Source of the DNA: Octopus bimaculoides
Lineage: Eukaryota
Length of the DNA stretch: 64,000 nt
Assembly: GCF_001194135.2 (NCBI RefSeq)
Contig: NC_068981.1
Span: forward strand, 44,870,781 to 44,934,780
Direction: 5' to 3'
Positions 62,480-64,000 of the stretch are shown piece after piece. The notes under the pieces are model-generated. The model saw nothing but the letters and a program-made list of their open reading frames with translations, did no database searches and was not told the DNA's origin. The position numbers and the translations under genes are program-made. How positions within the stretch are numbered: position 1 is the first letter of the stretch; each line of letters opens with the position of its first letter.

Positions 62480-63530
62480 TAATTCAAAACGAGATTCCAG
62501 AAATAAGGTGTGGTTTTTACAAGTACAGCGTTTTTCTTATGTTCTGTAGCTGCAGTAACATAGAAATCTGGCACCTATGAACGCGTATTTGTGTTGGGGT
62601 TCTGGTGACTGAGCATTCGTACATCATGTGTTTTTTTGGACACATTGGTTCATGAGCGGACAAGCGGATTTTCTGCGGTAAGTGCACTTATTTATACTAC
62701 TATTATCTTTATACTATTATTATCTCGTAAAATTATGTTTCTGTTTTCGTGATGTTCCGTTTGATTATTAGGGTATGAAGCCTTCTGGATGCGGCAGTCT
62801 TTTTTATTGTATCATTTCTGATGATTCACTTGAATCTTATTGTCACCGTCTTGTACGTTATCTAAGCTTTTGTTGTCTATTTTTTGTTTGTTTTTGTTAT
62901 TGGCCCGAAATCTTGTAATGTTTTCATTTGTATGTTATGGTCAGCATGCGTTGTTTGTATATTTAATTTCCTGCTGTTGTACTTATCTATGTAATACTCC
63001 ATGTCTTAAGATGTCTTCATGATATCTTCACTCTGTGCTTGTTGAATATACGGTAGTATTTATGTGTTTTAGGGAAGCATCTATTCAATGCTGCAATGAA
63101 TTGCTTACCTATCTTGGATGATATTTGCAGTGCGATAATTGGATTATACCTTAGGACTTCCGAATTTTTGTAACTTTCAGTTCTATATGTGTTTGGTTCT
63201 TTCTTCCTATTTTGCGTGTTGTTGTGATTTTGTTTATCTGTATTTCTATTATTGCAATTTTGGTGGGTTATATCTGTTTTCGTCCTCCCTTTCCGTTATT
63301 CTTCGTGTTCTTTTTCATTGTTATTCGTTTTTTGATGTCATTTTAAGTTTCGTGTATCTTCTAACTTATTTGCGTTTGTGTTATTGTTATTGTTATTTGG
63401 GGTTTCGTTAGTTTCGAATTTGATTTCTCCTTTATATCCGGCCTAGCTAGCGCTTCATTGTAGTATGGAACATGTTGTATGAATATTTTCTCTGTGGCTG
63501 ATAATCTTGTTATTCTGGTGGCTATGTTCC
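62480..63530 (-). mobile_element. Penelope-like element remnant, same family as 6960-8500 (thumb, linker, start of GIY-YIG)
   Basis: Minus strand: NIATRITRLSATEKIFIQHVPYYNEAL, YNPIIALQISSKIGKQFIAALNRCFPKTHKYYRIFNKHRVKIS, RRKSACPLMNQC, FIGA, YFWNL. Colinear with the 7.4-8.4 kb copy. Confidence 0.8.
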
Positions 63531-64000
63531 TAATTATTCAAACTGAAAGCGTCTACTATGCTCAAACAAATCAGATGGGTGTGTTAGCATCGATGTCGTA
63601 GGTTTTTAAGTAACGGCGACAGAAATTGAATATCAGCTGAGGAAATACAACTGTCTCTCATTACACAAGTAAACGGTTGCATCATCGAACACCAGTATAT
63701 ATGAAGAACTGTGTTACATGGAAACATATGTAGTCATTAAAAATAACAATCCGACTATTGTCCTTCTAGTTAACTCTATTATTCAAATTTCTTTTCACAC
63801 ACGATGAATGCTCACATCTAGACTTGGAAGTATATCGTAATACTACCGGCTTTTCAGTAATTCTAAGAAGAGAAGAGCTCTATAGTGTACTCCGCTTCGT
63901 TCATAATGGAATATAACTAAAATATCATATGTGTGTATATGTGTGTGTATGTCTGTGTGCGCGTGTGTGTGTGTGTGCGAAATATTTTAAGCGATAATTT

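Overview
AT-rich, microsatellite-dense eukaryotic DNA with many N gaps, most of them beginning or ending in (TA)n/(TG)n runs. The SINE families and repeat density resemble coleoid cephalopod (Octopus-like) genomes; this is inference. I recognise no intact protein-coding gene, and most supplied ORFs are artefacts of microsatellites or N gaps. The window holds many decayed mobile elements: two Tc1/mariner-superfamily transposon relics with terminal repeats (one DD34E Tc1 whose second catalytic Asp codon was hit by a SINE, one mariner built from two inverted 5' ends) plus two smaller fragments; three Penelope-like element (PLE) fragments; R4/Dong-like LINE fragments next to (TAA)n runs; RTE and CR1/L2-type 3' ends; and about 15 tRNA-derived SINE copies. 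The strongest signal is three type I hammerhead ribozyme (HHR) motifs with minimal stem III. One is canonical and followed by three GAUG-loop hairpins (50.6 kb). One sits at the 3' end of a B-box SINE-like element (40.5 kb). One lies just upstream of a PLE ORF and carries a compensatory G3-C8 core swap (58.4 kb). There is also a 180-bp inverted duplication and several motif-level, unconfirmed remnants of rhodopsin-class GPCR pseudogenes. All alignments and folds were done by eye.
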